Part shown: positions 7,577-15,595 of the stretch, one piece after another
Numbering within the stretch: position 1 is the first letter of the stretch
Layout: every line of letters starts with the position of its first letter
Source of the DNA: an uncultured bacterium
GTDB lineage: Bacteria > Acidobacteriota > Aminicenantia > Aminicenantales > Aminicenantaceae
Direction: 5' to 3'
NCBI GenBank assembly: GCA_965603705.1
Contig: CBFDDY010000002.1
Location: 1-44,223, forward strand
Length of the DNA stretch: 44,223 nucleotides
The notes under the pieces: model-generated
The model's database searches: none
Seen by the model: only the letters and a program-made list of their open reading frames with translations
Told to the model about the DNA's origin: nothing
Made by a program: the position numbers and the translations under genes

Positions 7577-9889
7577 TTACTTTATATACCCCAATGCCCT
7601 TAGAGCCTCCCGGGTTTTGGGGCTGATTTTATTATAATCGACCAATCTTCCCTTTGAGAAAGCAGTTTTTTGCATATTTACTAAAAGATAGTCTGTTTTA
7701 AATTTAATTGAGTTTATTTGATAAGCTCCTTTACTTAAATATTCATTATGAAGTTCATGAAAATCATTAATACTATCAAAAATTTCATAGCTAACAATGT
7801 CAGAGTAGGATTTATCATTATAATGAACTATATGTTTAGTCTGCCCTACAGTATCAATAAAACCAACAAAATTGAACCATTCAATTTTCTCTTTGATGAA
7901 AATGGTTCTTTCAATATCACTCTTGTTAATCTGGCTGAGGAGACTTATGCCGTCTATTCTACCCTGGTTTTCCAAAGCCAGATAATCCAATATTGTAGGA
8001 ACAATATCGACTTGAGTCACTATTGCATTTGATTCTATCCCAGAAAATTTACTATGGGGGAATTTAATCAATAAAGGAACATGAATTTCTTCATTATAAA
8101 TAGTTGATCCATGAAAAAGAAAACCATGTTCATCAAATTGTTCCCCATGATCCGCCACTAATATTATCATCGAATTCTCATATAGGCCCTTATCCCTTAA
8201 AAACCGAATAAACTCTCCAAAATAATGATCATTTTGCAGAATCTCACAATCGTAAAGAGATTTAATAAAATTTATATCTTCTTTATTCAGCCCTTCGTGT
8301 TCTTTTTTAAATAAAATAGATTTTTTAAAGGCCATTTTTGCCCTGCTTTTATCCTCCCAAGTAAATTCAGCAAATTGTTCTTGGACAAGATAGGGAGCAT
8401 GTGGGTCTAGAGTATGCAAATAGGCAAAAATAGGTTTATTAACGATTTCAGGATATTCATTGATAATCCTGAAAAACTCAGCATTTATTACTTTAGAAGA
8501 ATTTTTATTGTCCTTGCGGAATTTATAAGCATCAATTCCCTGAATAAAATTAAAATCATCAGTAACATTACCATTCGTTGTAAGATAAATAGTATAGTAT
8601 TTGTTCCTTTTTAAAATTTCTGCAATAGTATCTACCTCACTTGACAAGCTATCCTCTCTTTCCTCTGCTCCATGTATATTTGGGTAAAGCCCAGTGAGGA
8701 CTGAGGCAACAGCCGGTTTTGTCCAGGAGGCAGTTGCAAAACATTTTTTGAAGATAATACTGTCTTTGGCAAATTCATCAATAAATGGGGTTGTCTTCCG
8801 CTTATAACCATAACAGCTTAAATGATCTGCCCTTAAAGTATCAATCAAATAAATAAAAACATGTGGTATTGCGGATTTTTCTTTTATGGGTTCTTGGATT
8901 ACAATTTTAGGTTTATTGATATTCCAGGCCTTTGGCCCACTTACTTTCGAAGATGAGCGAATGACTGGATCTACCCAGTAAACAGTGAAATTATTCCTAT
9001 TGGCGATTGGATTTGATAATACAATCTTAACAGTCTCTTCTCCAAATTTCCTTAGCTTAATTTCTTTCTTACTTTGAAGATACAATTGCCTGCCTTTAAA
9101 ATGACGAACTATCTCTTCTCCTTTTTCATTGTAAAAGGAAAGATGAATTACTGATTCATCTGCAATCTTATTATCAGTAAATAATTTAAATTGAAATAAA
9201 GAATTTTTTGGGAGATCCATATAATATTCCACAATTCTCCCAGGAGGGATAACAAACATACGGCTGTCGTTGTAATCCGTTAATATTACATTGTGATTCT
9301 TCTCATCATTTTTTCCCGATTTACTCATGCTTAATATTTGCAATTTATCAAATCGAACAGCAAGTTCCTCGTAATCCTTATTGACTTTTTTCTTATTAGG
9401 AGTTCGGGCTAATTTCCATCTAAACATAATATAATTAGAACCATACTTTAAATATTTTTCTGGGATCAAAAAAGAATAATTTCCTTGTTTTGGAAATTCA
9501 AGAGATGTAAGGTATTTATCATTAATAAAAATCTTGCTCGCCTGAATTTCCTTGCCAGAGGTATTAATCGGCCTGCACTCTATATTTATAGTCTTATCTT
9601 TACGTTCTGTTAAATAAATAACTAACTCAGAATAGTTTCCAATACCCCAGCGATATGTCTCTTTCTTCTTTTTATTCACTCTGGATGAACTCCACCCTGA
9701 AACTAAACATTTTTCATCACTATTGTCTTTGGAACCAAAGTCAATTTCTGTAGTTTCAATTTCAATCTTCATATATTGAAACATGTCTGCAAAATTCAAA
9801 AAGATTGATTTTTCTTTGAAACAGGAAAAGTTAAAAAGAGCCAAGAAGATTAAAAAGAATATTTCTGTTTTAACTTTTCGAATGACCAT
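7577..9889 (-). CDS. Sulfatase-fold (alkaline phosphatase superfamily) hydrolase/transferase with Thr in the nucleophile position; ~330-aa N-terminal domain of unknown function
   Basis: Metal and active-site blocks IYLIDTLRADHLSCYGY, ASWTKPAVASVLTGLYP (T-K-P-A-V where sulfatases have C/S-x-P-x-R) and VADHGEQFDEHG. The N-terminal hydrophobic leader ends in Cys (LALFNFSC). The C-terminus is ALRALGYIK. Confidence 0.8.
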   Translation of the reverse strand: MVIRKVKTEIFFLIFLALFNFSCFKEKSIFLNFADMFQYMKIEIETTEIDFGSKDNSDEKCLVSGWSSSRVNKKKKETYRWGIGNYSELVIYLTERKDKTINIECRPINTSGKEIQASKIFINDKYLTSLEFPKQGNYSFLIPEKYLKYGSNYIMFRWKLARTPNKKKVNKDYEELAVRFDKLQILSMSKSGKNDEKNHNVILTDYNDSRMFVIPPGRIVEYYMDLPKNSLFQFKLFTDNKIADESVIHLSFYNEKGEEIVRHFKGRQLYLQSKKEIKLRKFGEETVKIVLSNPIANRNNFTVYWVDPVIRSSSKVSGPKAWNINKPKIVIQEPIKEKSAIPHVFIYLIDTLRADHLSCYGYKRKTTPFIDEFAKDSIIFKKCFATASWTKPAVASVLTGLYPNIHGAEEREDSLSSEVDTIAEILKRNKYYTIYLTTNGNVTDDFNFIQGIDAYKFRKDNKNSSKVINAEFFRIINEYPEIVNKPIFAYLHTLDPHAPYLVQEQFAEFTWEDKSRAKMAFKKSILFKKEHEGLNKEDINFIKSLYDCEILQNDHYFGEFIRFLRDKGLYENSMIILVADHGEQFDEHGFLFHGSTIYNEEIHVPLLIKFPHSKFSGIESNAIVTQVDIVPTILDYLALENQGRIDGISLLSQINKSDIERTIFIKEKIEWFNFVGFIDTVGQTKHIVHYNDKSYSDIVSYEIFDSINDFHELHNEYLSKGAYQINSIKFKTDYLLVNMQKTAFSKGRLVDYNKISPKTREALRALGYIK

Positions 9890-9891
9890 TT

Positions 9892-11292
9892 CTACCCTGC
9901 CCTCCCGTCAGAGACTTTTTTTTTAACAATTTTCCATATCCATTTTATGGAATAAAAAATAGCGGCATAAAATACAAGTAGGATCAAAGGTTCGACCGGA
10001 GCACGATAACGTAAATTATTGATTCCCGCAATAGTAGTAAGAGTGGAGACAAAACAGTTGTAATGGATCACTGCCAATATTATAAACCATCCATGGAATG
10101 CCAACCTATTTTCATGCACAAGAAAAAATAAAATAAGCGGGGCAGCTATCATTAGTACCGCTAAAAAGTACAGGTTTGTAAATAATTGCTTATAAAACAG
10201 AAAAAAACTTCTAAACAGCCAAGGGATAATAGCTCTGTTATGGAGAAATTTCTGCGCATTTCCCCCGGTCCAGTAAGGGGAATACTGGCGGTAATAGCTT
10301 AATACCGAAGCCGGCACTTTTTTTAAATAATCTCCCGGGTAATCTCTAATAAGTTTCAAGTTGACTTTTCCAAATAAGCTGGCAATCTCAGCATCTGTAA
10401 GGCCCAGTTCTTTTTTAAGGCGCAAACTAAAATTATAGACGGCTGCCGAAGAATATTTCCTTTTTTCAAATTCTTCTGCGTATATTTCAGCAACTCTATC
10501 CACTTTTTCGTTGCCTGAAGGTTTGTATTTATTAAAAAGGGGATTCGTATAATATCTTAATTGATAGGGCATTAAGCTTGAAATCCCAAAATAATCAAAT
10601 TTTATTTTGTTTCTAAGCGCCCAGCCTCCGGCTCCAATAATATTTACAGCTATAAATAATATCCATAAAGGCACAAGTTTCTTTAAAAAACTCCCTTTTT
10701 TTTCTTTTGGATAAAAGCCAAAAAATGTCAGAATAGGGAAAAAAATACCTAGCAGCAGGTATGTCGGCCTGGTATATATGAGCAAAACCATTAAAACACC
10801 GGCAAATAAAGCTAAAGATTTTTTCCCTTTGAAAAACTGAAGGTATAAAACAATAACTGTAAAAAGCAAAGTAATAGATAAAGTCTCTGTTAGTAATTGA
10901 AATTCAAAACCAATAATAAAATAATTAAAATTGTAAAAAATCCCCATAAGTAATGAAAATATTCTCTTGCGAGTCAATAAATATGCTATCCTGTACAGAA
11001 GCAGAGAATTCAACACTCCTAGGAAAAAAAGCTGTCCAAAGCAGATCAGTTTAATATAATCAGTAGTAATAGGTATCAGGTCATTAGGGCAGAGAAGAAA
11101 TTCAATAAAAATAGGATAACCGGGAGTCCTTACCATGTCCAGCTCATTAAGGAAAAAAAATGTAACGGAATCAGTATGAATGCCGGGGTGCATGACCAAA
11201 AAAATAAACACTCTAATAGCCACGGCAATCAAGATCAGGAAAAATACAGGCCCTGTTTTTTTTATAAATAATCTCCACTTGTTCATAATCAT
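9892..11292 (-). CDS. Polytopic membrane protein, candidate GT-C fold glycosyltransferase (ArnT/PMT-like)
   Basis: 466 aa with more than 10 hydrophobic helices. There is an acidic first loop (HTDSVTFFFLNELDMVRTPGYP) and a large central soluble loop. A 2-nt gap separates it from the downstream sulfatase-like gene. The family assignment comes from topology and loop character only. Confidence 0.5.
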   Translation of the reverse strand: MIMNKWRLFIKKTGPVFFLILIAVAIRVFIFLVMHPGIHTDSVTFFFLNELDMVRTPGYPIFIEFLLCPNDLIPITTDYIKLICFGQLFFLGVLNSLLLYRIAYLLTRKRIFSLLMGIFYNFNYFIIGFEFQLLTETLSITLLFTVIVLYLQFFKGKKSLALFAGVLMVLLIYTRPTYLLLGIFFPILTFFGFYPKEKKGSFLKKLVPLWILFIAVNIIGAGGWALRNKIKFDYFGISSLMPYQLRYYTNPLFNKYKPSGNEKVDRVAEIYAEEFEKRKYSSAAVYNFSLRLKKELGLTDAEIASLFGKVNLKLIRDYPGDYLKKVPASVLSYYRQYSPYWTGGNAQKFLHNRAIIPWLFRSFFLFYKQLFTNLYFLAVLMIAAPLILFFLVHENRLAFHGWFIILAVIHYNCFVSTLTTIAGINNLRYRAPVEPLILLVFYAAIFYSIKWIWKIVKKKVSDGRAG

Positions 11293-11295
11293 TCT

Positions 11296-11766
11296 TTATC
11301 CCAGTACTTTCCAATCACCTTTCTTGTAGAAAATAAGAGATTTTTTCTTTGAGGAGCTAGGTAAATAAAATTCAACTAACACATATCTAGGAAGCTTCCG
11401 CCCTTTATCTCTGCCCCGGTATTCCCTGAGAGAACCCCGGGAAAAAATGAATTCAAATTTAGATTGCCGGTTTAGAACTCTTCCCCGGTAGCTAGATTTT
11501 AAGTAAGGCAGCCATTCTTTTTTGTCAAGGTCAAAAACCTGGATATAATAATGATCACGTTCAAAAACAACTTTATAGTCAACAGCTCTCGTCCGGGAAA
11601 CAACCTCAAGCTGAACCATCCTTAACGCTACCTCACGAACAGTTTTATTTAAAGGATACTCTTTACGGAGGATCAAAAAAACCAATACAGCAGCAAGAAT
11701 CAATATGATTATTCCCAGAGAGCTAACTCTTAAGAATTTCTTGTCCATAGTAAATGATACTATCAT
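11296..11766 (-). CDS. Small membrane-anchored protein, function unknown (first gene of a three-gene operon)
   Basis: 156 aa with a single N-terminal TM (LGIIILILAAVLVFLIL) and a basic C-terminal domain. A strong SD (GGAGGAGG) lies 3-6 nt upstream of the ATG. A 3-nt gap separates it from the next gene. Confidence 0.6.
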   Translation of the reverse strand: MIVSFTMDKKFLRVSSLGIIILILAAVLVFLILRKEYPLNKTVREVALRMVQLEVVSRTRAVDYKVVFERDHYYIQVFDLDKKEWLPYLKSSYRGRVLNRQSKFEFIFSRGSLREYRGRDKGRKLPRYVLVEFYLPSSSKKKSLIFYKKGDWKVLG

Positions 11767-11861
11767 TTACCTCCTCCCCGTGCAACTCAGAACCCACAGC
11801 AATAAATTCACTTCCGTATATCATCCGTGCAAAAATTGACTGGCCAGAATAAAAAGGAAAC

Positions 11862-11890
11862 TTGAATTCTAAACAAAGAACAGGTAAGAT
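11862..11890 (+). promoter_or_regulatory. Possible promoter TTGAAT-N17-TAAGAT
   Basis: TTGAAT lies at 11862-11867 and TAAGAT at 11885-11890, about 55 nt upstream of the ATG at 11946. The match is weaker than for the other promoters in this window. Confidence 0.3.
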
Positions 11891-11945
11891 TACTTTTCAT
11901 TTTTCAACAATCATAAAAATAATGCTCTGAAATAAAACATTACCA

Positions 11946-13376
11946 ATGAGAATACTGCTTATTGAACCTCCATTTGCCCGATTCATGGGTTTTTACCGTT
12001 TCTTTTTTCCCTTTAGCCTGGCTTCTTTAGCAGCTTATCTAAAAAAAGAAGGGCACCAGATACTTATCTATGATGCAGACCACGCCGGAAAACCCATTAA
12101 TATGACCTCCACTAAACTTTTAGATGTCTTCCATCAATACCTCGATGGCATAAAAAACCTGCATCACCCCATCTGGCAAGAAGTTGAAACTATCATCAAA
12201 GATTTTAATCCCGACCTGATCGGCATCACTTATCTTTCAACAAAAACAGGCTCTGTTAAAAATATTATTAATATATCTAAAAAGCTTTATCCGCAAGTTC
12301 CAATAGTTCTGGGTGGGGCTCATGCTTCCGTCCTCTTTAAGTCTTCTCTGGAGCAAAGCCAGGCCGATTTTGTTGTTCTGGGTGAAGGTGAAAAAACCTT
12401 CTCAGAACTTATCAAAAAAATCCAGTCAGGAAACACAGATTTTGAAAACATCCAGGGCCTTGCTTTCAGATCCGCACAAGGGAAAATTGTAACCACTCCT
12501 CACCGGGAACTGCTCAAGGACCTGGATTCGCTGCCTTTTCCAGATAGAGATTCTTTATATAGATTAGATACCTACAGGCCGGATGATCTGAGTATGATAA
12601 TGACCAGCCGGGGATGCCCCTATAATTGCGCATTCTGTTCCAGCATCTGGGAAAGACGTGCCCGCGACCGTTCGATTTCTAATATAGTAGCAGAGATCGA
12701 GTATCTTATCGAACGCTTTAAGACAAAAAACATATATTTTAAGGACGATACCTTTACTCTTAGCCGCAAAAGGATCTTTGAATTCTGTAACACCCTGAAG
12801 CAAAAAAATATTCAGGTGGCCTGGGAATGTTTAACCAGAATAGAGCTTATAGACGAAGAACTTATCATGCGTATGCGCCAGGCCGGCATGGTATACCTGA
12901 AGATCGGCATTGAGAGCGGAAGTCAGCGGCTGCTTGATACGGCCAATAAAAAGGTCACCATATCTGAAATAAAAAAAGGGGCTGCCATTTTAAATAAACT
13001 CGGGCAAAAGTGGTCGGCTTTCTTTATGATCGGTTATCCGGACGAGACTGAGACAGAAATCCATATGAGCCACAAACTTATCGAGGAGATAAGGCCCACT
13101 TATGTTTCCATGAGCACTCTTGTTCCATATCCTGGCTGCCAATATTACCATGAGTTAAAAGACCTGGGAGTATTAAACAAGGACACAAACTGGAACCTGT
13201 ATGATCCCTTCAGCATTTATGCCAATGTCAATCAGGTTATAGATAAAAAACGTTTTCAGACTCTGGTGTATGAGACCATGAAATTCATTGATGACTACAA
13301 TTTGCATTCAGGGGAAAAATCCCCTAAAATTACTACGGGTAAGGAGATAACGAATCATTATGAACACAAAGAATAA
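11946..13376 (+). CDS. Class B (B12-binding domain) radical SAM enzyme
   Basis: N-terminal Rossmann-like B12-binding domain (MRILLIEPP..., DLIGITYLS, IVLGGAHAS). SRGCPYNCAFCSS supplies the CX3CX2C motif. Confidence 0.85.
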   Translation: MRILLIEPPFARFMGFYRFFFPFSLASLAAYLKKEGHQILIYDADHAGKPINMTSTKLLDVFHQYLDGIKNLHHPIWQEVETIIKDFNPDLIGITYLSTKTGSVKNIINISKKLYPQVPIVLGGAHASVLFKSSLEQSQADFVVLGEGEKTFSELIKKIQSGNTDFENIQGLAFRSAQGKIVTTPHRELLKDLDSLPFPDRDSLYRLDTYRPDDLSMIMTSRGCPYNCAFCSSIWERRARDRSISNIVAEIEYLIERFKTKNIYFKDDTFTLSRKRIFEFCNTLKQKNIQVAWECLTRIELIDEELIMRMRQAGMVYLKIGIESGSQRLLDTANKKVTISEIKKGAAILNKLGQKWSAFFMIGYPDETETEIHMSHKLIEEIRPTYVSMSTLVPYPGCQYYHELKDLGVLNKDTNWNLYDPFSIYANVNQVIDKKRFQTLVYETMKFIDDYNLHSGEKSPKITTGKEITNHYEHKE

Positions 13377-14352
13377 AGAAAAACGAATCCTTGTCACCGG
13401 AGGGGCAGGGTACATCGGCAGTATCCTCGTCCAGTTCCTACTCCAAGCCGGCTATAAGGTTGTAATCCTCGACAAATTAATGCACGGAGTAGATCCATTA
13501 ATAAATTTTCTTAAAAACCCCCCCCCAAACCTCTCTATTATCATAGGCGATATTCAGAATAAAGACGACGTCCAACGTTCTCTGGAAAATATTCATGCTG
13601 TCATTCATTTGGCAGCTATAGTCGGGGACCCAGCCTGTGCTGCGGATTCTGAATTAGCAGTTAATGTTAATTTTAATGCTACTGTCCGACTGGCTGACAT
13701 GTGTAAAAAAAGAAAGATCAAACGGTTTATTTTTGCTTCCACATGTAGTGTTTACGGCTCCGGAAGACAAAACATCCTGACCGAAGACTCCGAAGTCAAT
13801 CCCATCTCTTTGTATGCCGAAACCAGATTGTATGGAGAAAGAGGCATCCTTTCTCTAGCTGATAATAATTTTGCCCCGGCACTTCTCCGTCTGGGCACCT
13901 TATTCGGGCTGTCACCTCGTATGCGCTTTGATATTATTGTCAATTATCTTACTCAGAAAGCCATAAGAAAAGAAAAGATCTCCATCTTCGGAGGAGAGCA
14001 GTGGCGCCCCCTCCTACATGTCTCAGATGCAGCCCGTGCCTTCCAAATCGCGATGGAAAGCCCCCTGGAAAAGGTCAATAAACAGATCTTCAATACAGGC
14101 CTGATCAACCTCCAAGTCAAAGATATTGCTACTATACTCAAAAAAAACATCCCCGCTGCAAAAATCCAGATTTTAAATAAATTTGAGGACCAAAGAAGCT
14201 ATAATGTCTCATTTGAAAAAATCCAAAAAACATTAAACTTTAAAGCTAAGAAAACTATTGATATCGGTATCAAAGAGATTGTTAAGGCTCTTCAAAAAGG
14301 GATCATTAAAGATCCCACTGATAAAATATATTACAACAATTATTCCAGATAA
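13360..14352 (+). CDS. Extended-SDR NAD-dependent sugar epimerase/dehydratase family protein
   Basis: ILVTGGAGYIGS (GxxGxxG), ASTCSVYG, and YAETR in the position of the catalytic YxxxK. It overlaps the upstream rSAM gene by 17 nt. Confidence 0.85.
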   Translation: MNTKNKEKRILVTGGAGYIGSILVQFLLQAGYKVVILDKLMHGVDPLINFLKNPPPNLSIIIGDIQNKDDVQRSLENIHAVIHLAAIVGDPACAADSELAVNVNFNATVRLADMCKKRKIKRFIFASTCSVYGSGRQNILTEDSEVNPISLYAETRLYGERGILSLADNNFAPALLRLGTLFGLSPRMRFDIIVNYLTQKAIRKEKISIFGGEQWRPLLHVSDAARAFQIAMESPLEKVNKQIFNTGLINLQVKDIATILKKNIPAAKIQILNKFEDQRSYNVSFEKIQKTLNFKAKKTIDIGIKEIVKALQKGIIKDPTDKIYYNNYSR

Positions 14353-14367
14353 AATGGAAAAAATTGC

Positions 14368-15516
14368 ATGAGAAAATCCTATTTAAATTTTTCCATCCCG
14401 GACATCACCCAAAGAGAAATCGATGCAGTTGTCACTACTTTAAAAAGCGGCTGGCTTACCTCGGGAAAAAAAACGTTGCTATTTGAAGAAAATTTTGCCG
14501 ATTATACCGGAGCAAAGTATGCCATCGCCCTGTCTTCCTGCACAGCCGCTCTTTTCCTTTCTCTTATAGTCGAAGGCATCCAGGCTGGTGATGAAGTAAT
14601 AACTACTCCCTTTACATTCATATCAACCGCAAATGTCGTTCATCACCTAGGAGCTAAACCAGTTTTTGTCGATATTGAAACAGATACATACAATATCGAC
14701 CCAGAAAAAATCATCCTGGCAATAACCTCAAAGACTAAAGCCATTATTCCTGTGCATTATTCCGGGCAACCCTGTAATATGAAGCGGATCATGAAAATCG
14801 CAGCAGACCATAATCTCCGCGTGATCGAAGATGCTGCTCATGCTATCGGAGCGGAATATAAAGGGAAAAAAGTGGGGGGGCAGGGAAACCTAACCTGTTT
14901 CAGCCTGTTCCCAACCAAAAACATCACTACCGGAGAAGGCGGCGTTATTACTCTCAATGATAAAGAAAAGGCCATTCGATTGAAAAAACTACGACTGCAT
15001 GGGATGAGCAAAGACGGGTGGAAAAGATACGACCAGGCAGAATCCTGGTATTATGAAATCCATGAGGCCGGTTATAAATTCAATCTTTCCGATATCAACG
15101 CTGCCCTTGGAGTCATCCAGCTCGAACGAATAAAGGAGCTCAACCAAAAAAGAAAAGACCTCGCCGACTATTATATTCAACAACTCTCACATATACCCGG
15201 CATCCAGACATTAAACATCCCGTCTAATGTTAAAAGTTCCTGGCATATTTTCCCCATCTGGATCAATAGTAAAGAATTGGGCCTTACTCGCAGCCAGCTT
15301 ATCAAAGCACTCTGGAAAAGAAAGATCGGAACCAGCGTACATTTTATTCCCCTCCATCTGCAGCCCTTTTATCAAAAAAAATATCATTATAAAAAGGGAG
15401 ATTTTCCGGTTGCAGAAAAAATCTTTGCCGGCATTGTCTCTTTACCCCTATTCCCAAAAATGACTAACAACGACATCAATGATGTTATAAATGCTATCCA
15501 GGATGCGGCTAAATAA
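14368..15516 (+). CDS. DegT/DnrJ/EryC1/StrS-family PLP-dependent sugar aminotransferase
   Basis: Family-typical N-terminus (IPDITQREIDAVVTTLKSGWLTSG). The PLP-lysine block is FSLFPTKNITTGEGG. Also present is VIEDAAHAIGAEYKGKKVG. Confidence 0.9.
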   Translation: MRKSYLNFSIPDITQREIDAVVTTLKSGWLTSGKKTLLFEENFADYTGAKYAIALSSCTAALFLSLIVEGIQAGDEVITTPFTFISTANVVHHLGAKPVFVDIETDTYNIDPEKIILAITSKTKAIIPVHYSGQPCNMKRIMKIAADHNLRVIEDAAHAIGAEYKGKKVGGQGNLTCFSLFPTKNITTGEGGVITLNDKEKAIRLKKLRLHGMSKDGWKRYDQAESWYYEIHEAGYKFNLSDINAALGVIQLERIKELNQKRKDLADYYIQQLSHIPGIQTLNIPSNVKSSWHIFPIWINSKELGLTRSQLIKALWKRKIGTSVHFIPLHLQPFYQKKYHYKKGDFPVAEKIFAGIVSLPLFPKMTNNDINDVINAIQDAAK

Positions 15517-15546
15517 ATTCACCCCCTATTTCACCCTTGAAGATGA

Positions 15547-15575
15547 TTGACTTATTGCAGGCAACTTTCTACTAT
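15547..15575 (+). promoter_or_regulatory. Sigma70-like promoter TTGACT-N17-TACTAT
   Basis: TTGACT lies at 15547-15552, followed by a 17-nt spacer and TACTAT at 15570-15575. This is 20 nt upstream of the ATG at 15596. Confidence 0.5.
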
Positions 15576-15595
15576 ATATATATGATATAAACGGT

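Noticed and set aside
7547-7579. A possible bidirectional terminator between the convergent genes (ACCTATAGGGT followed by a T9 run).
   Set aside because: The stem is only 3-4 bp with a 3-nt loop and lies 6 nt from the T-run. That is too weak to call a rho-independent terminator.
7577-9889. Calling the two sulfatase-fold proteins true sulfatases, and the SPASM radical SAM at 1287-2267 their anaerobic maturase.
   Set aside because: Both proteins lack the C/S-x-P-x-R formylglycine motif (T-K-P-A-V and T-L-P-S-H instead). There is therefore nothing for an anSME to modify. The rSAM is also 5 kb or more away, in a different transcription unit.
11296-11766. The small N-terminally anchored protein read as a pseudopilin (GspH/FimT-like).
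   Set aside because: It has no prepilin peptidase motif (G-F/M-T-L-x-E) and no Glu at position +5. Only the general shape of a TM helix plus a beta-rich domain is similar.
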